Shown piece after piece: positions 61,876-64,000 of a stretch of 64,000 nucleotides of DNA. A model generated the notes under the pieces. The model did no database searches and was not told the DNA's origin. It was given only the letters and a program-made list of their open reading frames with translations. Every line of letters starts with the position of its first letter. The first letter of the stretch is position 1. A program made the position numbers and the translations under genes. The stretch is taken from contig NW_003314262.1 of assembly GCF_000143415.4 (NCBI RefSeq), positions 2,654,603 to 2,718,602 on the forward strand, in the 5' to 3' direction. The DNA is from Selaginella moellendorffii. Taxonomy: Eukaryota > Plantae > Lycopodiophyta.

Positions 61876-64000
61876 ATGTGTGGGGGCCCTGAGCACTCGA
61901 AGCCGGTCGCAAAGAATTACAGAATGATGCTAGCTGACGACGTCCTAGGCCGCTCGCCACTGTCGCAGCACCCAGAAGCTCTTCTCAAGCCGCCCTTATT
62001 GTGGTCAGACATGGACAAGGGCTGCAAGGAACGCGAGACCACTCCATCGCTACTCGAGCTAGCTGCCAACAATGATCTGGAAACTTTCAGGAGGGTTGTG
62101 GAGGAGGGGGGTATGGATTTAGACGAGCCCGATAGCTGGTACTTGAGGAAAATTGGGAGCACCAAGATGGCCACCGAGAAGAGGAGCCCGTTGATGATTG
62201 CGGCCTTGTATGGGAGCATCGACGTTCTGAGCTACATTCTCAAGTCAGGCAAGGTTGATGTCAATAAGTTCTGTGGCGAGGACGAAGTCACTGCTCTTCA
62301 CTGTGCTGCCGCTGGTGGTTCTTCTCGTGGTGTAGATGCTGTGAAGCTGTTGCTCTCGGGTGGTGCCAACAGTAGCTTGATGGATGCATACGGTCGTCGG
62401 CCAGCACAGGTGATAGCGGTGCCACTCAAGCTGCGGTCTACGAAGTCTGAATTGGAGAAGATGCTGTCCGCAACTGGTACGGCGAGGCACAGCCTTGATA
62501 CCGATTGCAAGGGAGCTCATCAGAGTAACGGGGGTGGCGCTTTCTCCTCATCAAAGCTGGACGACGACTCCTTCGCAGATACGAGAGAAGGTTTCGTTTC
62601 AATGTCGTCCATGTCTTCGGTTTGCTCGTCTCCGGACTCGTACTCTCCAGTTTTCTCGCCCCAGTTCCCTTCGTCACCCAAGTCTGCGGAGAATCCAAGT
62701 GATGAGAAGACGAAGGACTATCCAGTCGACCCGTCACTGCCGGACATCAAGAACAGCATCTACACCACGGATGAGTTCCGGATGTTCTCCTTCAAAGTCC
62801 GGCCGTGTTCCAGAGCCTACTCGCACGACTGGACAGAGTGCCCGTTTGTTCATCCTGGCGAGAACGCCCGACGAAGAGATCCGCGACGGTTCCACTACAG
62901 CTGCGTGCCATGCCCAGATTTCCGGAAGGGTGCGTGTCGACGGGGCGATACGTGCGAGTACGCGCATGGAGTTTTTGAGTGCTGGCTCCATCCAGCGCAG
63001 TATAGGACGCGGCTTTGCAAAGATGGTACCAGCTGCAGCAGGAGAGTGTGCTTCTTTGCGCACACCTCGGAGGAGATGAGACCGCTGTTCGTCTCGATGG
63101 GATCGGCAGTGCCGTCGCCGAGAGCCTCGTCGCCACTGGATGCCGGCTCCGTCAGCCCGCCACTCTCTTCAACGTCCCAGTCTCCAGTTATCATGGTGCC
63201 ACCTTTCTCTCCATCGAATGCTTCCGGGAGCGGACTTAGTACTCCTCCACTGTCACCGTCCGGCGGAGGTTCCTGGTCGCAGCCCACGGTCCCGACGCTT
63301 CATCTTCCCGGAGGTGCCGGACTCCAAGCTAGCCGGCTAAGAGCGGCTCTCAGTGCCCGAGACATCCCGGTGGAGGGGGCCGACTACGACGGGCATCTGG
63401 CACCTGAGCTATCTTCGATGTCTCGGCAGAGCTCACTGCTGAGCTCCAGTGCCCGCATGCACAAGTTTGGCAACTTGGGTCTGAGCATTCCCTCCACCAG
63501 CTTACAGGACTTGTTCTCGGCGGAGGTGTCGCCTTTGTCAGCCGTGCACCAGTCGCAGCTCACGCCGCAGGAGCACTCGCTTCTCTCCCAGCAGCTGCAT
63601 TCTCAGCTCCAGCTCCAGCAGCTCCTCTCCCCGCTGTCAACGATGTCACAGCTCCAGAGTCACGTTAGTCCGCAGTTCCAGAGCCCGGTGCAATCGATCT
63701 TCAGTGCGGGGTCGCCGTGCTCCATGGCTCGAAGATGTTCAGACGGGACTGATCTAAGCACCTCCACGGCCGCGGAGGTGTTGGCAGCGGGACGCAAAGC
63801 CTCCGCGTTTGCACAGCGGGATAGAGGGAGCTGGAGTATGAAGGAGGTGTCTGGATCGTCGCTACCATCGGCTTCGTGGTCCGACTGGGGGTCTCCCACT
63901 GGAAAGCCAGACTGGGGGATACAAGGACAGGACTTGGGCAAGTTCCGGAAGTCGGCCTCGTTTGCTACTCACGGTGGACCGGAGCCGGATCTCTCGTGGG
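61876..64000 (+). CDS. Ankyrin-repeat CCCH tandem zinc-finger protein (RR-TZF, OXS2/SZF-like); 3' end outside window
   Basis: Open frame from ATG 61876 (MCGGP...) through [32 protein letters not shown] (ankyrin), [82 protein letters not shown]. Confidence 0.95.
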   Translation, partial: MCGGPEHSKPVAKNYRMMLADDVLGRSPLSQHPEALLKPPLLWSDMDKGCKERETTPSLLELAANNDLETFRRVVEEGGMDLDEPDSWYLRKIGSTKMATEKRSPLMIAALYGSIDVLSYILKSGKVDVNKFCGEDEVTALHCAAAGGSSRGVDAVKLLLSGGANSSLMDAYGRRPAQVIAVPLKLRSTKSELEKMLSATGTARHSLDTDCKGAHQSNGGGAFSSSKLDDDSFADTREGFVSMSSMSSVCSSPDSYSPVFSPQFPSSPKSAENPSDEKTKDYPVDPSLPDIKNSIYTTDEFRMFSFKVRPCSRAYSHDWTECPFVHPGENARRRDPRRFHYSCVPCPDFRKGACRRGDTCEYAHGVFECWLHPAQYRTRLCKDGTSCSRRVCFFAHTSEEMRPLFVSMGSAVPSPRASSPLDAGSVSPPLSSTSQSPVIMVPPFSPSNASGSGLSTPPLSPSGGGSWSQPTVPTLHLPGGAGLQASRLRAALSARDIPVEGADYDGHLAPELSSMSRQSSLLSSSARMHKFGNLGLSIPSTSLQDLFSAEVSPLSAVHQSQLTPQEHSLLSQQLHSQLQLQQLLSPLSTMSQLQSHVSPQFQSPVQSIFSAGSPCSMARRCSDGTDLSTSTAAEVLAAGRKASAFAQRDRGSWSMKEVSGSSLPSASWSDWGSPTGKPDWGIQGQDLGKFRKSASFATHGGPEPDLSW

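Overview
This is gene-dense eukaryotic (land-plant) nuclear DNA with very short GT-AG introns of about 50-70 nt. The intron size, gene density and PLS-PPR style suggest the lycophyte Selaginella; this is inference only. Recognisable genes: SF1/BBP (runs off the left edge), a KIX8/9-like adaptor, a PAT1-branch GRAS factor, ATG12, a BASL/gar2-related protein, an F-box/kelch protein, a RING-CH E3 ligase, ATP-citrate lyase A, two tandem GH17+X8 glucanases, TIC56, a PLS-E PPR protein, a trihelix TF, an SH3P BAR-SH3 protein, TFIIS and an ankyrin-CCCH tandem zinc finger (runs off the right edge). Three accessory zones interrupt this backbone. (i) ~6.6-11.9 kb holds a divergent pair of Uma2/PD-(D/E)XK-like genes. 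(ii) ~35.3-41.6 kb is an AT-rich island with a decayed APE-type endonuclease next to an intact, secreted, AT-rich B-lectin ORF. (iii) ~46-54 kb holds an apparently intact spliced PD-(D/E)XK nuclease-like gene, its pseudogenised duplicate and a collage of gene fragments. Exon boundaries were read by eye and are approximate.
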